Source: Myxococcota bacterium
GTDB lineage: Bacteria > Myxococcota_A > UBA796 > UBA9615 > JAKLKC01
Reading direction: 5' to 3'
DNA length: 64,000 bases
NCBI GenBank assembly: GCA_023150875.1
Contig: JAKLKC010000004.1
Coordinates: 15,993-79,992, forward strand
Position numbers and translations under genes: made by a program. The notes under the pieces are model-generated. The model had not been told where the DNA came from. It searched no databases and worked only from the letters and a program-made list of their open reading frames with translations. Of the stretch, positions 1 to 10,901 are shown piece after piece; positions within the stretch are counted from its first letter, which is position 1, and every line of letters starts with the position of its first letter.

Positions 1-2
1 GG

Positions 3-1157
3 GATCCCCAGTGCGCCCCGGCCCTCAGCTCCCTCTCGGACCTGTACTTCCACCGCTTCCGCGAGGCCGAGGACGCCCGGGATCCCCGGGGCATGGCCCT
101 GTGGGCGGCGGCGACGCGGCGCATGGGTCGGGGGCGCCACGACGCCCGCCTCCTCGCCCCGGGAGCCCTGGAGGTCCGTTGCGCCGCCGAGGGGGCGGTG
201 GCGCAGGTCTGCCGCTTCGAGCCCCGGGGGCGGCGCCTGGTCCTGGGCAGCGCCCACGACCTCGGCCCGGTCCCCGTCGCCGGCGTGGGCCTCCTCCCCG
301 GCAGCTACCTGCTCCTGCTCCGGGCGCCGGGCTTCGCCCCCGCGGCGGTCCCGCTGTGCGTGCGGCGGGGGGAGCCCGTGACCCTCGACGTGCGCCTCCT
401 CCCGGCCGGCGAGGTCGATCCGGAGTTGGTGTACGTGCCCGCCGGCCCCTCGGACCTGGGGGGCGATCCCGATCGCCCCGGCGACGATCCGCCCCTGCCC
501 ACCCCCGTCCCCGGTTTCCTCCTGGGACGCCTGCCGGTGACCTGCGGGCAGTACGCCCGCTACGTCGAGGACCTGGCGCGGCACGACCGCGGCGACGCCC
601 TGTACCGCCTGCCCCGGGATCCCGGGAGCGGCGCGCCCCTGTGGGACCTCGATCCCCGGGGCCGGGTGGTCTTCCCCGATCCCGCCTCGTCGCCGTTCCC
701 GTGGCGCGCCGAGCTGCCCGTGGTGGGGATCACCCGGGAGGAGGCCCGGGCCTTCGTCGCGTGGCTCGCGGGGCGCACCGGCCGCCCCCTGCGCCTGGCC
801 ACCTCCCAGGAGTGGGAGAAGGCGGGACGCGGTGCCGATGGCCGGATCCACCCCTGGGGCAACCCCTTCGACGTCTCCTTCTGCCGGATGCGCTGGACCG
901 CCCCCCGGGCGGCCCCGGCCCCGGTGGGCGCCCACCCAGAGGACTGCTCCCCCTACGGAGTCCGCGACCTCGCCGGCTCGGTGATGGAGTGGTGCGAGGG
1001 GTGGGTCGATCCCGACCGGGGCCTCGCCCCGGTGCGGGGGGGCTCTTGGGCCTCCGACGCCGCGGGCTGCCGCCTCACCCGCGTGGTGGCAGAGGTCCCC
1101 GCCCGCCGCTTCCTCACCGTCGGCTTCCGGATCGCCCAGGACCTCCCGCCGGGCTGA
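3..1157 (+). CDS. 5'-truncated PEGA-like + FGE/SUMF1 (formylglycine-generating enzyme fold) domain protein, probably the C-terminus of a kinase-FGE fusion
   Basis: Frame is open from the window edge; FGE-sulfatase motifs PVT..QY..F/Y, LPVVGITREEA, RLATSQEWEKAGRG.DGRIHPWG, SPYGVRDLAGSVMEW, RGGSW, GFR; PEGA-like LLPGSYLLLLRAPGF. Confidence 0.85.
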   Translation, partial: DPQCAPALSSLSDLYFHRFREAEDARDPRGMALWAAATRRMGRGRHDARLLAPGALEVRCAAEGAVAQVCRFEPRGRRLVLGSAHDLGPVPVAGVGLLPGSYLLLLRAPGFAPAAVPLCVRRGEPVTLDVRLLPAGEVDPELVYVPAGPSDLGGDPDRPGDDPPLPTPVPGFLLGRLPVTCGQYARYVEDLARHDRGDALYRLPRDPGSGAPLWDLDPRGRVVFPDPASSPFPWRAELPVVGITREEARAFVAWLAGRTGRPLRLATSQEWEKAGRGADGRIHPWGNPFDVSFCRMRWTAPRAAPAPVGAHPEDCSPYGVRDLAGSVMEWCEGWVDPDRGLAPVRGGSWASDAAGCRLTRVVAEVPARRFLTVGFRIAQDLPPG

Positions 1158-1318
1158 TCCCGCGCCCCCGGGGATGGCGGAGCGACACTTCGGTGCGGTG
1201 CCCCCACCGTTCGATGGGGAAGACCCGGACCGGGCATGGGCGCGGTCGATGGCTCCCCTCCGCCGGGCGCGATCCCCTCCCGGAACGGCTAGAATCAAGT
1301 GAACAAAAGGGGATTACC

Positions 1319-1807
1319 ATGCACAGACGGGTCGAGTCCTGTGCGCCGTCCCTCCGCCGGGAGGACGGCTTCTCCCTGGTCGAGGTCATGGGCGCCGTCG
1401 CCCTCGTGGTGATCCTCGCCAGCCTCGCCCTGCCGGCGTTCCGCACCTTCACCGGCCGGGCGAAGCGCTCCGAGATGGTCGCCGTCTTCGCCCACTTCCG
1501 CGACGCCCAGCGCGCCTACATGGCCGAGCACGACGGGGTCTGGACCACCGACTCGTCCGCCCTCGGGTTCGACACCACCGAGCTCGCCATCGAGCCGGAC
1601 GGGATCCGGGGCCGGTACTACTACTTCACCCTGGTGGTGGACGCCCCCGTGCCCTACTCCCTCGCCACCGCCAACCTCGACGACGACGAGTCCCGGGACA
1701 TCTGGGCGATGCCCGTGTACCTCCCCGGGTTCCCCACGCTGCTGCTCTACGACGACCTCGCCGAGGTCGCCACCCCCTTCTACTGGGCGGTCTTCGATCC
1801 CGAGTGA
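1319..1807 (+). CDS. Type IV pilin-like protein with prepilin N-terminal cleavage/methylation motif
   Basis: EDG/FSLVEVMGAVALVVILASLALPAF..RAKRSE: class III signal with Glu at +5; AAGGGG upstream of the ATG at 1319. Confidence 0.9.
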   Translation: MHRRVESCAPSLRREDGFSLVEVMGAVALVVILASLALPAFRTFTGRAKRSEMVAVFAHFRDAQRAYMAEHDGVWTTDSSALGFDTTELAIEPDGIRGRYYYFTLVVDAPVPYSLATANLDDDESRDIWAMPVYLPGFPTLLLYDDLAEVATPFYWAVFDPE

Positions 1808-3507
1808 GGGAGAGGCCCTCCCCGCTCGCGGGGAGCGGTGACCCGGCTGAAGTCGGGGTCCACCACCGCCACCATCCTCCCCTTGTGGTCGAGCAGGGTG
1901 GCGCGGCTCACCGAGAACGAGTCCAGGCGCTCCCGGACCCCCGCCAGGGCGGCCCGGCGTCCCTCCGGTCCGAGGGCGTCCCACTGGGCGCCGTCCACCA
2001 CCGCCAGCAGCATCGCGGGTTCGTCCCCCTGGATCACCCCGCTGGACACCAGCCCGCCGAAGTGGGCGAGCTGCTCGGGAGAGAGGCGCTCGGGCACCGG
2101 TCCCATGCTCCCCCCGCGCCAGGAGAGGACCACCAGGATCACCGCGGCGAGCAGGCCGAGGGTCCCCGAGACGTAGGGGTTGCGCAGAGCCCGGCGCACG
2201 GCGGGGGGGGGAGGCGCGGCCGCGTCGATCGAGACGGCGGTGAACTCTCCCCGGCGGGGCGCCCGATCCCGGGTGCGGAAGGCCGCGGGGTCGTAACGGA
2301 CCGACGGGCCGTGGGTGGCGCGGAAGTAGTCCTCGGGCACCTGGAGCGCCGGGAAGGCCGCGACCGGCGCGTCGCCCGCCAGGGCGTTGAAGCGGTCGCG
2401 GACGGGGAGAGCGACCTCGAGGAGGCCCCGCTGGGCCGCGGCCACCGCGTCGGGCCCCGAGGGGTTCTCCGCCCGCCGCACCGCCCCCCGGACCGCCGCC
2501 TCCTTGAAGACCTTCTCCGCGGTCTGGAGGTTGGCGCGGATGGCCTCCGAGAGGCGTTCCTGGACGGCGGGGGCCAGGGTGTCGAAGGACTGGAGGCGCA
2601 TACCGCAGTAGCTCAGGGCCACCCGCACCGCCAGCAGCAGCAGGACGTCGTCCTCCTCCTCGGCGTGGCTGGTCAGCGACGCCGCGTCGAATCCCCCCAG
2701 GAGCTCCCGCTCCCGGGGGGACAGGGCGGCGACGGCCCCCCGGATCCACTCCGGCGGCATGGGCCCCGCCGGCTCCTCCTCGCCCAGGGCGCGCCGGGAC
2801 TGGAGGAGCACGTCCACCAGCCGCGGGACTCCATCGAAGAGGCTCGGGAGGTCCCGCGTGCCCCGGCGCGCCATGGCGCCCAGGCGCTCCCGGTCGGCCT
2901 GCCCCATGTCCAGGAAGCGCACGACGACGGAGTCCCCGGACGCCCGCAACACCTCGACGCGGGAGGAGACGCCGCCTCCGGCACCGAGCTCGATGGTCAG
3001 CCGGCCCGTCTCGCCCGCGGGAAGGGAGGCCAGCATGCGCAGGGCGGCGCCCCCGGGGCCCACGTCGATGGTGGCACCGGCGAGGGTGCGGCCGGCGACC
3101 TCCAGCACTGCGGGGCGCGCGATCCGCAGGCGGGGCTCCCGGGCACTGGCGAGGCCCAGGTGGTGGAGGAGGCGGGCCCTCAGCTCCTCGGTGCCGGCGG
3201 CGACCGAGAGGGTCTCCCGTCCCCCAGCCGCCGACACCGCCCCGGCGTCCAGGGCGAGCTCAGGCAGGTCCAGCACCACCGTGGGCGCCAGGGCCGAAGT
3301 GGTCTGGCAGGCCGCCAGCACCGCCGCGGCCGACGGCCCGACCTCGCCGATGACCACCAGGTCCGGCCCGTACGCCGCGACGGAGTCGGCCAGTCCCACC
3401 ACGCTCCGCTGCCATTGGAGCACCAGGGAGCGCCGGTCCAGGGCGGAGGCCACCAGGAACCAGGAGAACCCCTCCTCGGAGACGACCAGGACCTTTCGCT
3501 TGTCCAT
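1780..3507 (-). CDS. Membrane protein with degenerate receiver domain and PilZ-like domain
   Basis: N-terminal KVLVVSEE..PDLVVIG receiver-like fold; REPR..TIDVGPGGAAL..VVVRF PilZ-like region; one TM helix near the C-terminus; start could be 3522. Confidence 0.65.
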   Translation of the reverse strand: MDKRKVLVVSEEGFSWFLVASALDRRSLVLQWQRSVVGLADSVAAYGPDLVVIGEVGPSAAAVLAACQTTSALAPTVVLDLPELALDAGAVSAAGGRETLSVAAGTEELRARLLHHLGLASAREPRLRIARPAVLEVAGRTLAGATIDVGPGGAALRMLASLPAGETGRLTIELGAGGGVSSRVEVLRASGDSVVVRFLDMGQADRERLGAMARRGTRDLPSLFDGVPRLVDVLLQSRRALGEEEPAGPMPPEWIRGAVAALSPRERELLGGFDAASLTSHAEEEDDVLLLLAVRVALSYCGMRLQSFDTLAPAVQERLSEAIRANLQTAEKVFKEAAVRGAVRRAENPSGPDAVAAAQRGLLEVALPVRDRFNALAGDAPVAAFPALQVPEDYFRATHGPSVRYDPAAFRTRDRAPRRGEFTAVSIDAAAPPPPAVRRALRNPYVSGTLGLLAAVILVVLSWRGGSMGPVPERLSPEQLAHFGGLVSSGVIQGDEPAMLLAVVDGAQWDALGPEGRRAALAGVRERLDSFSVSRATLLDHKGRMVAVVDPDFSRVTAPRERGGPLPHSGSKTAQ

Positions 3508-3620
3508 CGCTCTTTCCGTCACGGGGAAGCCATGCGGCCCATGCAGCCGCGCCGCACCTTCATCCTAGCCGGTGCATCCCCCGATCCGCGACTCCTTCTT
3601 CACCTCCCCCCGGCCGTGCC

Positions 3621-4316
3621 CTACCCCCCCTTCCCCAGACTCCCGGCCCGGGGGTGGCGAATGTCGCGGCCCTGCACCAGGAAGACCACCTTCTCCGCCA
3701 GGTTGGTGGCGTGATCGGCGATCCGCTCCAGGTGCTTGGCGGCGAAGATCTGGGTGGTGAGTGCTTCGTTGTCCGCCCCCTCCTGGCCCATGCGCGCCAC
3801 CAGGTCGCGGAAGATCCGGGCGTTCTCCTCGTCCACGGCGTCGTCCTCGCGGATCACCCGCAGGGCCGCCGCGGCGTCCTCCCGCAGCAGGGCGTCCAGG
3901 GCCTGGGCGAGCATCGCCCGGGCCGAGTCCCCCAGCCGCGCCAGGCCCGGGTGGGGCAGCACGGCGTGGCCCTCCATGTCCATGGCCCGGTGCACGATGT
4001 TGATGCCGATGTCCCCCACCCGCTCCAGGTCGGTGGTCGCCCGGAGGCTGACGGTCAGGAAGCGGAGGTCCACCCCCACGGGCTGGCGGATCGCCAGGAT
4101 CCGGTGCACCAGGTCGTCGATCTCCATCTCGAGCTGGTCCACGCGCTCCTCCCGGGCCAGGGCCTCCCGGGCCAGGTCCTGATCGCGGTGGAGCAGGGCC
4201 GCGAGGGAGGCGGAGAGAAGCGACTCCACCTCGCCGCCCATGGTGGCCAGCAGCCTCCGGACTCCCGCCAGCTCGCGGTCGTACTCGTGGCTCGTGTGGG
4301 GCGCGCGGCCGGTCAT
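3621..4316 (-). CDS. phoU: Phosphate signalling complex protein PhoU
   Basis: Two PhoU repeats ([18 protein letters not shown]); last gene of the pst operon. Confidence 0.97.
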   Translation of the reverse strand: MTGRAPHTSHEYDRELAGVRRLLATMGGEVESLLSASLAALLHRDQDLAREALAREERVDQLEMEIDDLVHRILAIRQPVGVDLRFLTVSLRATTDLERVGDIGINIVHRAMDMEGHAVLPHPGLARLGDSARAMLAQALDALLREDAAAALRVIREDDAVDEENARIFRDLVARMGQEGADNEALTTQIFAAKHLERIADHATNLAEKVVFLVQGRDIRHPRAGSLGKGG

Positions 4317-5149
4317 CCGAACCTCCCGGTGATGTACTCCTCCGTCCGACTCTCCCCGGGGTTGGTGAAGAGAGCCTGGGTGGGCGCGAACTCGACCAGC
4401 TCACCCATGTAGAAGAAGGCAGTGTAATCGCTCACGCGGGCCGCCTGCTGGAGATTGTGGGTGACGATGACGATCGTGTACCGGGACTTGAGGGAGGAGA
4501 TCAGGTCCTCGATCCGCGCGGTGGCGATGGGGTCCAGGGCCGAGGCGGGCTCGTCCATCAGGATGATCTCGGGGCGGATCGCCATCGCCCGGGCGATGCA
4601 CAGGCGCTGGGCCTGCCCTCCCGAGAGGCCCATGGCGCTGTCGTGCATCCGGTCCTTCACCTCGTCCCAGAGCCCCGCGCCCACCAGGCTCTCCTCGATC
4701 CTCCGGGCGATCTCGGACCGGTCCCGCACGCCCGCGATCCGCAGGCCGTAGGCGACGTTCTCGTATATCGACTTGGGGAAGGGGGTCGAGCGCTGGAAGA
4801 CCATCCCTACCCGCCGCCGCAGCGCCACGGCGTCGGTGTCCCGGGCGTAGATGTCCTGGTCGTACAGGAAGACCCGCCCCTCGATGGAGATCCCCTCGAT
4901 CCCGTCGTTCATGCGGTTGAACAGGCGCAGGAAGGTCGACTTGCCGCAGCCCGAGGGACCGATCAGGGCGGTGACCCGGTGCTCGGGGACCTTCAAGGAC
5001 ACGCCCTTGATGGCGGCGTTGCGCCCGTACCGCACCGTCACGCCCTGGGCCGCGAGGTGGGTGCGCTCCGGCCCCCGCGCGCCCGGCTCTCCCCCCTCGG
5101 CGCGGGGGACCGCGGCTCCGAAGTCGATACCGTTCGTCGCAAGACTCAT
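4313..5149 (-). CDS. pstB: Phosphate ABC transporter ATP-binding protein
   Basis: [44 protein letters not shown]-terminal YITGRFG. Confidence 0.98.
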   Translation of the reverse strand: MSLATNGIDFGAAVPRAEGGEPGARGPERTHLAAQGVTVRYGRNAAIKGVSLKVPEHRVTALIGPSGCGKSTFLRLFNRMNDGIEGISIEGRVFLYDQDIYARDTDAVALRRRVGMVFQRSTPFPKSIYENVAYGLRIAGVRDRSEIARRIEESLVGAGLWDEVKDRMHDSAMGLSGGQAQRLCIARAMAIRPEIILMDEPASALDPIATARIEDLISSLKSRYTIVIVTHNLQQAARVSDYTAFFYMGELVEFAPTQALFTNPGESRTEEYITGRFG

Positions 5150-5156
5150 GGGCGTC

Positions 5157-6092
5157 TCACCTCCGGATGGCCCGCCGCAGCCGGACCCGCAGGAGGACCG
5201 CGGCGAGGTTGAGGAGGAAGGTCAGGGCGAGCAGGGCCAGCACCGTGGCGAACAGCAGGGGGCGGGTCTTCTCGACGTCCGGGGACTGGGTCGCCAGCAC
5301 GTAGACGTGGTAGCCCATGTGCATGAACTGGTCGTTGACCCGGGTGGGCAGCCGGGGCAGGTAGTAGGCCGCGCCGGTGAACAGGATGGGCGCCACCTCC
5401 CCCGCCCCGCGGCTGACCGCGAGGATCCCCCCGGTGAGGATCCCCGGCACCGCCTGGGGCAGCACCACCCGCAGGACGGTCTGGAGGCGCGTGGCCCCGA
5501 GGGCCAGGCTCGCCCGCCGGTGGTCGTCCGGGACCGCCCGCAGCGCCTCCTCGGTGGCGACGATGACCACGGGCAGGGTGAGCAGGGCCATGGTGAGGGC
5601 GGCCCACAGGATCCCCGGCTTCCCGTAGACCGGCTGGCCCCCGTAAAGGAACTCGTCCAGGCCGCCGCCGACGAAGTGCACGAAGAAGCCGAGCCCGAAG
5701 AGGCCGAAGACGATGGAGGGTACCCCGGCGAGGTTGTGGACCGCGAGGCGGATCGCCCGGGTGCGCAGGGCGCCGGGGCGGGCGTACTCGTGGAGCCAGA
5801 TCGCCGTGGTCACCCCCAGGGGGATCACCGCCACGGTCATCACCAGCACCAGGAAGCTGGTGCCGAAGATCGCCGGGAAGATCCCCCCCTCGCTCATGCC
5901 GTTCCGGGGCGCGGTGGTGAGGAACTCCCAGCTCAGCCGCTCCCAGCCCCCGATCCCCACCATGCCCAGGATGATCCCGAGCATCGCCACGATGAGGAAC
6001 GCGCACGCGGCGGCGAGGGCCGGCACCACCCGATCCCGGGCCCCCCGGGGGGCGGCGAGGGAGGGGAGCGCGGGGGAGGGAGGGGCGCTCAC
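5157..6092 (-). CDS. pstA: Phosphate ABC transporter permease PstA
   Basis: [45 protein letters not shown] start overlaps the pstC stop (GTGA 6089-6092). Confidence 0.96.
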   Translation of the reverse strand: MSAPPSPALPSLAAPRGARDRVVPALAAACAFLIVAMLGIILGMVGIGGWERLSWEFLTTAPRNGMSEGGIFPAIFGTSFLVLVMTVAVIPLGVTTAIWLHEYARPGALRTRAIRLAVHNLAGVPSIVFGLFGLGFFVHFVGGGLDEFLYGGQPVYGKPGILWAALTMALLTLPVVIVATEEALRAVPDDHRRASLALGATRLQTVLRVVLPQAVPGILTGGILAVSRGAGEVAPILFTGAAYYLPRLPTRVNDQFMHMGYHVYVLATQSPDVEKTRPLLFATVLALLALTFLLNLAAVLLRVRLRRAIRR

Positions 6093-7015
6093 GCGAGCCC
6101 CGCCAGCCGGCGGCGCAGGCGGGCCACCCACCACTCCGCGAAGAGGTTCAGGCCGAAGGTGATGACGAAGAGCATCGCCCCCAGGAAGAAGAGCACGGCG
6201 TAGTGGGCGCCGCCGAAGACCACCTCCGCCAGCTCGGCGGCGATGGTGGCGGTGAGGGTCCGGACGCTCACCGTCGGGTCCAGGCTCAGGATCGCCGCGT
6301 TGCCCGAGGCCATCAGCACGATCATCGTCTCGCCGATGGCGCGGCCCAGGCCGAGGATCAGGGCGGCGAGGATCCCCGGGAGGGCCGAGGGCACCACCAC
6401 CGTCAGGGCGACCTGGCTGGGCCGCGCGCCCAGGGCCAGGGCGGCGTCCCGGTAGGCGCGGGGCACCGCACGGAGGGCGTCTTCGGCCACCGTGAAGACC
6501 ACCGGCACCACCGCCAGCCCCAGGGCGAGGCCCGCCACCACCCCGTTGAGCCGGTACTGCAGGCCGAACACGTCCTGCACCCAGCTCGCCATGACCAGCA
6601 GGGCGAAGAAGCCCAGCACCACCGAGGGGATCCCGGCGAGCAGCTCGATGACCGGCTTCAGGAACTCCCGGAGCCGGGGCGGCGCGAACTCCGACGTGTA
6701 GACCGCCGCGCCGAGGGACACGGGGGCGGCGAAGGCCAGGGCGACGGCGGTGACCTTCAGGGAGCCCACCAGCAGGGGCCACACCCCGTAGCGGGGGTCC
6801 TCGCTCACCGGCTGCCAGGTGCTGCGGGGGGCTTCCCCGGCGAGGGCGAAGAAGCGGTCGGGGCGGGCCTCCTCCCACACCGCGGGATCGGTGAGCAGGG
6901 GCAGGGCCTCCCGGGCGACGAAGACGAAGATCAGCCCGATGGCCACCACCACCGTCCCCGCCACCGCCGCGACGGCCCCCTCGGCGAGGGTCTCGAGGCG
7001 CCTACGGCGAGGCAT
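6089..7015 (-). CDS. pstC: Phosphate ABC transporter permease PstC
   Basis: LKPVIELLAGIPSVVLG, AEDALRAVP, GRAIGETMIV. Confidence 0.96.
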   Translation of the reverse strand: MPRRRRLETLAEGAVAAVAGTVVVAIGLIFVFVAREALPLLTDPAVWEEARPDRFFALAGEAPRSTWQPVSEDPRYGVWPLLVGSLKVTAVALAFAAPVSLGAAVYTSEFAPPRLREFLKPVIELLAGIPSVVLGFFALLVMASWVQDVFGLQYRLNGVVAGLALGLAVVPVVFTVAEDALRAVPRAYRDAALALGARPSQVALTVVVPSALPGILAALILGLGRAIGETMIVLMASGNAAILSLDPTVSVRTLTATIAAELAEVVFGGAHYAVLFFLGAMLFVITFGLNLFAEWWVARLRRRLAGLA

Positions 7016-7949
7016 CGGTCCCCGGGGAGGCCGCTCCCCCCTGCGCCGGGGCCTCGGGGGGGGCGGCGGCCCCCACCCGCAGCGGGTAGTACCCGACCTC
7101 CGAGACCACCTTCTGGCCCTCGGGGCTCAGGGCGTAGTCGCGGAAGGCCGCGGCCAGCCCGGAGGGCGCGCCGGCGGTGTACCAGTAAAGGCTGCGGCTC
7201 AGGGGGTAGCGCCCGCTCTCGACCTCCTCCAGGCGGGCGGCGACGGCCTCGCCACCCTTCTCCTTGGAGATCGGCACCAGGCGGATCCCCCGGGCGTAGG
7301 CGACGCCGCCGTAGCCGATCCCGTTCGGGTCCTTGGCGACGGCGTCGGCGACGGCGGCGGTGCCGGGGAGGGTCTGGACCTCCGGGGCGAAGTCGCCCTC
7401 CTCCAGCACGTGCTCCTTGAAGTAGCCGTACGTGCCGGAGCTGTTCTCGCGCCCGTAGAGCACCACCTTGGCGTCGGGGCCACCGACCTCCTTCCAGCTC
7501 TTCACCTGGCCCAGGTAGAGGGCCCGCAGGTCCTCCACCGACAGGGACGGAACGGGGTTGGACTCGTGCACGTACACGGCGAGGCCATCCAGGGCGACGG
7601 GGATCTCCACCGGATCCACCCCCCGCTTCTCCTTCACCGCCACCCTCTCGCTCTCCTTCATCGCCCGGCTCGCCTGGCAGATGTCGGTGGTGCCGTTGAT
7701 GAGGGCCGAGATCCCGGTGCCCGAGCCGCCACCGGTGACCTGGACGGTCGCCTCGGGGTGCGCCGCCATGTACAGCTCCGCCCACCGCTGCCCGAGCTGG
7801 ACCAGGGTGTCCGAGCCCTTGACGGTGATGGACGTCGTGGCGCCCGCGGCGGCGCCCTCGGGCTCGGGGGGACGCGCGCAGGCCGCCAGCAGGCCCAGGG
7901 CCAGGGCGGCGATCCACCGGGTCCGGGGGAGGTGATCGGTCGGCTTCAT
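7002..7949 (-). CDS. pstS: Phosphate ABC transporter substrate-binding lipoprotein
   Basis: Lipobox LLAAC; KGSDT, GGGSGTG, RENSSGT, YPLSRSLY; GGAGG upstream of the ATG at 7949. Confidence 0.96.
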   Translation of the reverse strand: MKPTDHLPRTRWIAALALGLLAACARPPEPEGAAAGATTSITVKGSDTLVQLGQRWAELYMAAHPEATVQVTGGGSGTGISALINGTTDICQASRAMKESERVAVKEKRGVDPVEIPVALDGLAVYVHESNPVPSLSVEDLRALYLGQVKSWKEVGGPDAKVVLYGRENSSGTYGYFKEHVLEEGDFAPEVQTLPGTAAVADAVAKDPNGIGYGGVAYARGIRLVPISKEKGGEAVAARLEEVESGRYPLSRSLYWYTAGAPSGLAAAFRDYALSPEGQKVVSEVGYYPLRVGAAAPPEAPAQGGAASPGTDASP

Positions 7950-7995
7950 GGGGACCTCCGGGGGGGGGCGGCCCGCCAGCGGGCGGAGCGGCGCC

Positions 7996-8028
7996 ACCAT
8001 AGGCCCGTCATGTGACAGTTCGTTGACG
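7996..8028 (-). promoter_or_regulatory. Pho box and -10 element of the pstS promoter
   Basis: Minus strand reads CGTCAACGAACTGTCACA (GTCA repeated with 11-bp period, 8028-8011), then 9 nt, then TATGGT (8001-7996); matches the PhoB-box geometry. Confidence 0.85.
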
Positions 8029-8052
8029 AAGTCAGGTCCTTACCGCGAACTC

Positions 8053-9831
8053 TCACGCGACCGCGGGGGGTGCCGCCCCACCCGCCCGCGGCAGGTCGAA
8101 GTGGAAGGTCGATCCCTTGCCCACGGTGCTCTCGACGCCGAGGGACCCGCCCTGGGCGAGGACCAGGTGCTTGACGATGGCCAGCCCGAGCCCGGTCCCT
8201 CCTCCGGAGCCCCGGCGCTCCCGGCCCCGCTCCACCCGGTAGAAACGCTCGAAGATCCGGTCGAGGTGCTCCTCGGGGATCCCGATCCCGGTGTCGGAGA
8301 CCGCCACCCGCACCGCGCCTTCCCGGACCCGGGCGCTCACGGTGACCTCCCCCCCCTCGCCGGTGTGGTCCAGGGCGTTGCCCAGCAGGTTGGTGAGCAC
8401 GTGGACCACGGCCCGGCGATCGCCCTGGGGCACGGCGTCGCCGGCGAGGTCCACCACCAGCCGCACCGATCCCGCCTCGGCCCGGGGGCGCACCGCGTCC
8501 AGGGCCTCCTCGACGATGGGGCCGAGGCGCTGGGCCACCGCGTCCATGCGGAGCTCACCGGACTCGATCTTCGCCAGGTCCAGCAGGTCGTCCACCAGGG
8601 CGCTGAGCCTGCGGGCCTGGCGGTGGATGCGCTCGATGAACGAGCGGGCGACCTGGCGGTCCTGGAGGGCGCCGTCCAGCAGCGTCTCGCCGAAGCCCTG
8701 GATCGCCGTCAGCGGCGTCCGAAGCTCGTGGGAGACGTTGGCGACGAGGTCCCGGCGGAGCTTCTCGACCCTCTTCAGCTCCGAGATGTCGTGGAAGACC
8801 GCCACGACCCCCCGCTCGGCCCCGAGGCCGAAGGGGGCGCAGGCGAAGGCGAGGTGGCGGCCCCGGGGTCCCCCCACACGGACCTCCTCGGGGTCGCTCG
8901 GCCTCCCCGTCCGGGCCACCCGCTCCAGGGCCGAGAGCAGCTCGGGGACCCGGATCAGGGCCTCGGCGTCGTCGCCGGCCTGGACGGGAAGGCGAGGAAA
9001 CATGCGTCGAAACGCGGAGTTGGCGAGGGTGATCTCCCGGTGCGGGCCCACGGCCAGGACCGCCTCCGCCATGCCCTCCAGGATGGCCTCCAGCAGGTTC
9101 CGCTCCCGCACCAGCTCCCCGTGGCGCACCTCGAGCTGCCCCGCGAGCTGGTTGAAGGCCCGGGCGAGGTCCCCCAGCTCGTCGGCCCGCTCCGTGCCCG
9201 GGGAGCGGGCGCCGGAGTCCCCCGCCGAGAGGCGGCGGGTGGCGGCGGTGAGGTCCGCCACCAGCCGCCCGAGGGGCTGGCCGAGCCGCGCCCCCACCCC
9301 GCCGGCGGCGACGGTGGCCAGCGCCGCCAGGGCGGCGAGGACGCCGGTGATGCCCCGGATCCGCGCCCGCACCCGGGCCAGGGGCTCCTGGAGCCGGACG
9401 GCCCCTCCCCCGCCGGGGAGGGGCGCTGCCGCGAAGGCCGCCTCCTCTCCCCGCCCGTCGACACCCCGCCAGGCCGCCGCCCGCCCCGCGGCGAGGGACT
9501 GGCGCACCTCCTCGCGGCGGGGGGAGCCGGGTCCCGGGACGCCGCTCCCCGGCTCCTCCCCCGCCGCGCCCAGGACCTCGCCCTCGGCGTCCAGCAGGAC
9601 GATCCGGACGCCCAGCGCGGCGCCCAGCCGGTCCGCGGCCTCCCGGTCCGGCCCCCCGGTCGCCATCGCCGCGGCGACCGCCCGGGCCTCCCGCTCCAGC
9701 CGCTCCAGGAGCGCGTCCTCGGCCGCCCCGGTCGCCAGCAGGTGGTAGCTGGACAGGCCGAAGGCCACCACCGCCGCGGCGCCCGCCAGGAACGCCAGCA
9801 GCAGCCTCCCCCGGAAGCTCATCCCCCCCAT
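8053..9831 (-). CDS. phoR: Phosphate regulon sensor histidine kinase (HAMP, PAS, HisKA, HATPase)
   Basis: Two TM helices, DELGDLARAFN, ANVSHELRTPLT, NLLGNA, DTGIGI, GTGLGLAIVKH; lies between phoB and pstS. Confidence 0.93.
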   Translation of the reverse strand: MGGMSFRGRLLLAFLAGAAAVVAFGLSSYHLLATGAAEDALLERLEREARAVAAAMATGGPDREAADRLGAALGVRIVLLDAEGEVLGAAGEEPGSGVPGPGSPRREEVRQSLAAGRAAAWRGVDGRGEEAAFAAAPLPGGGGAVRLQEPLARVRARIRGITGVLAALAALATVAAGGVGARLGQPLGRLVADLTAATRRLSAGDSGARSPGTERADELGDLARAFNQLAGQLEVRHGELVRERNLLEAILEGMAEAVLAVGPHREITLANSAFRRMFPRLPVQAGDDAEALIRVPELLSALERVARTGRPSDPEEVRVGGPRGRHLAFACAPFGLGAERGVVAVFHDISELKRVEKLRRDLVANVSHELRTPLTAIQGFGETLLDGALQDRQVARSFIERIHRQARRLSALVDDLLDLAKIESGELRMDAVAQRLGPIVEEALDAVRPRAEAGSVRLVVDLAGDAVPQGDRRAVVHVLTNLLGNALDHTGEGGEVTVSARVREGAVRVAVSDTGIGIPEEHLDRIFERFYRVERGRERRGSGGGTGLGLAIVKHLVLAQGGSLGVESTVGKGSTFHFDLPRAGGAAPPAVA

Positions 9832-9913
9832 GCCGCCCTCCCTCCCGGGGCGCGCCCGCCCCGCCCCCCCGGCCGCGCTCCACCCGGGCCGGGTCGTGCC
9901 GCAGGGGGGCGGA

Positions 9914-10618
<705 letters not shown>

Positions 10619-10901
10619 CGTGGGATCCTCCCCGCCCTCCCGGCGGGCTCGCCCGGTGCGGGCCGCCGGGGCGCGGACGGCGATCCGACATACCCGAGCC
10701 CGGGGAGGGCCGCAACCGGCGTCACCGCATCGACACGCGCGTCACGAAGTCGTGTCCGGGCGGGGCGGAGCGCCCTCCCCGGGGCGCCCCGCGATCGGGC
10801 CCATCCGTGCCCTTGCGGGCGCTCCACGAACGGGGTACAAACGGCGCCGTTCCGGGCGGCGTGCCACCGCACCCCACCCGCGGGGAGGTTCGAAAGTTCC
10901 C

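Noticed and set aside
3..1157. FGE-domain protein as the maturase for the sulfatase-like gene at 33135
   Set aside because: That enzyme lacks the Cys/Ser formylglycine motif, and this FGE domain is part of a larger fusion.
10715..10760. GTCAC/GACAC repeats upstream of phoB as a second Pho box
   Set aside because: Spacing is irregular (11 then 9 bp), the orientation points away from phoB, and no well-placed -10 was found.
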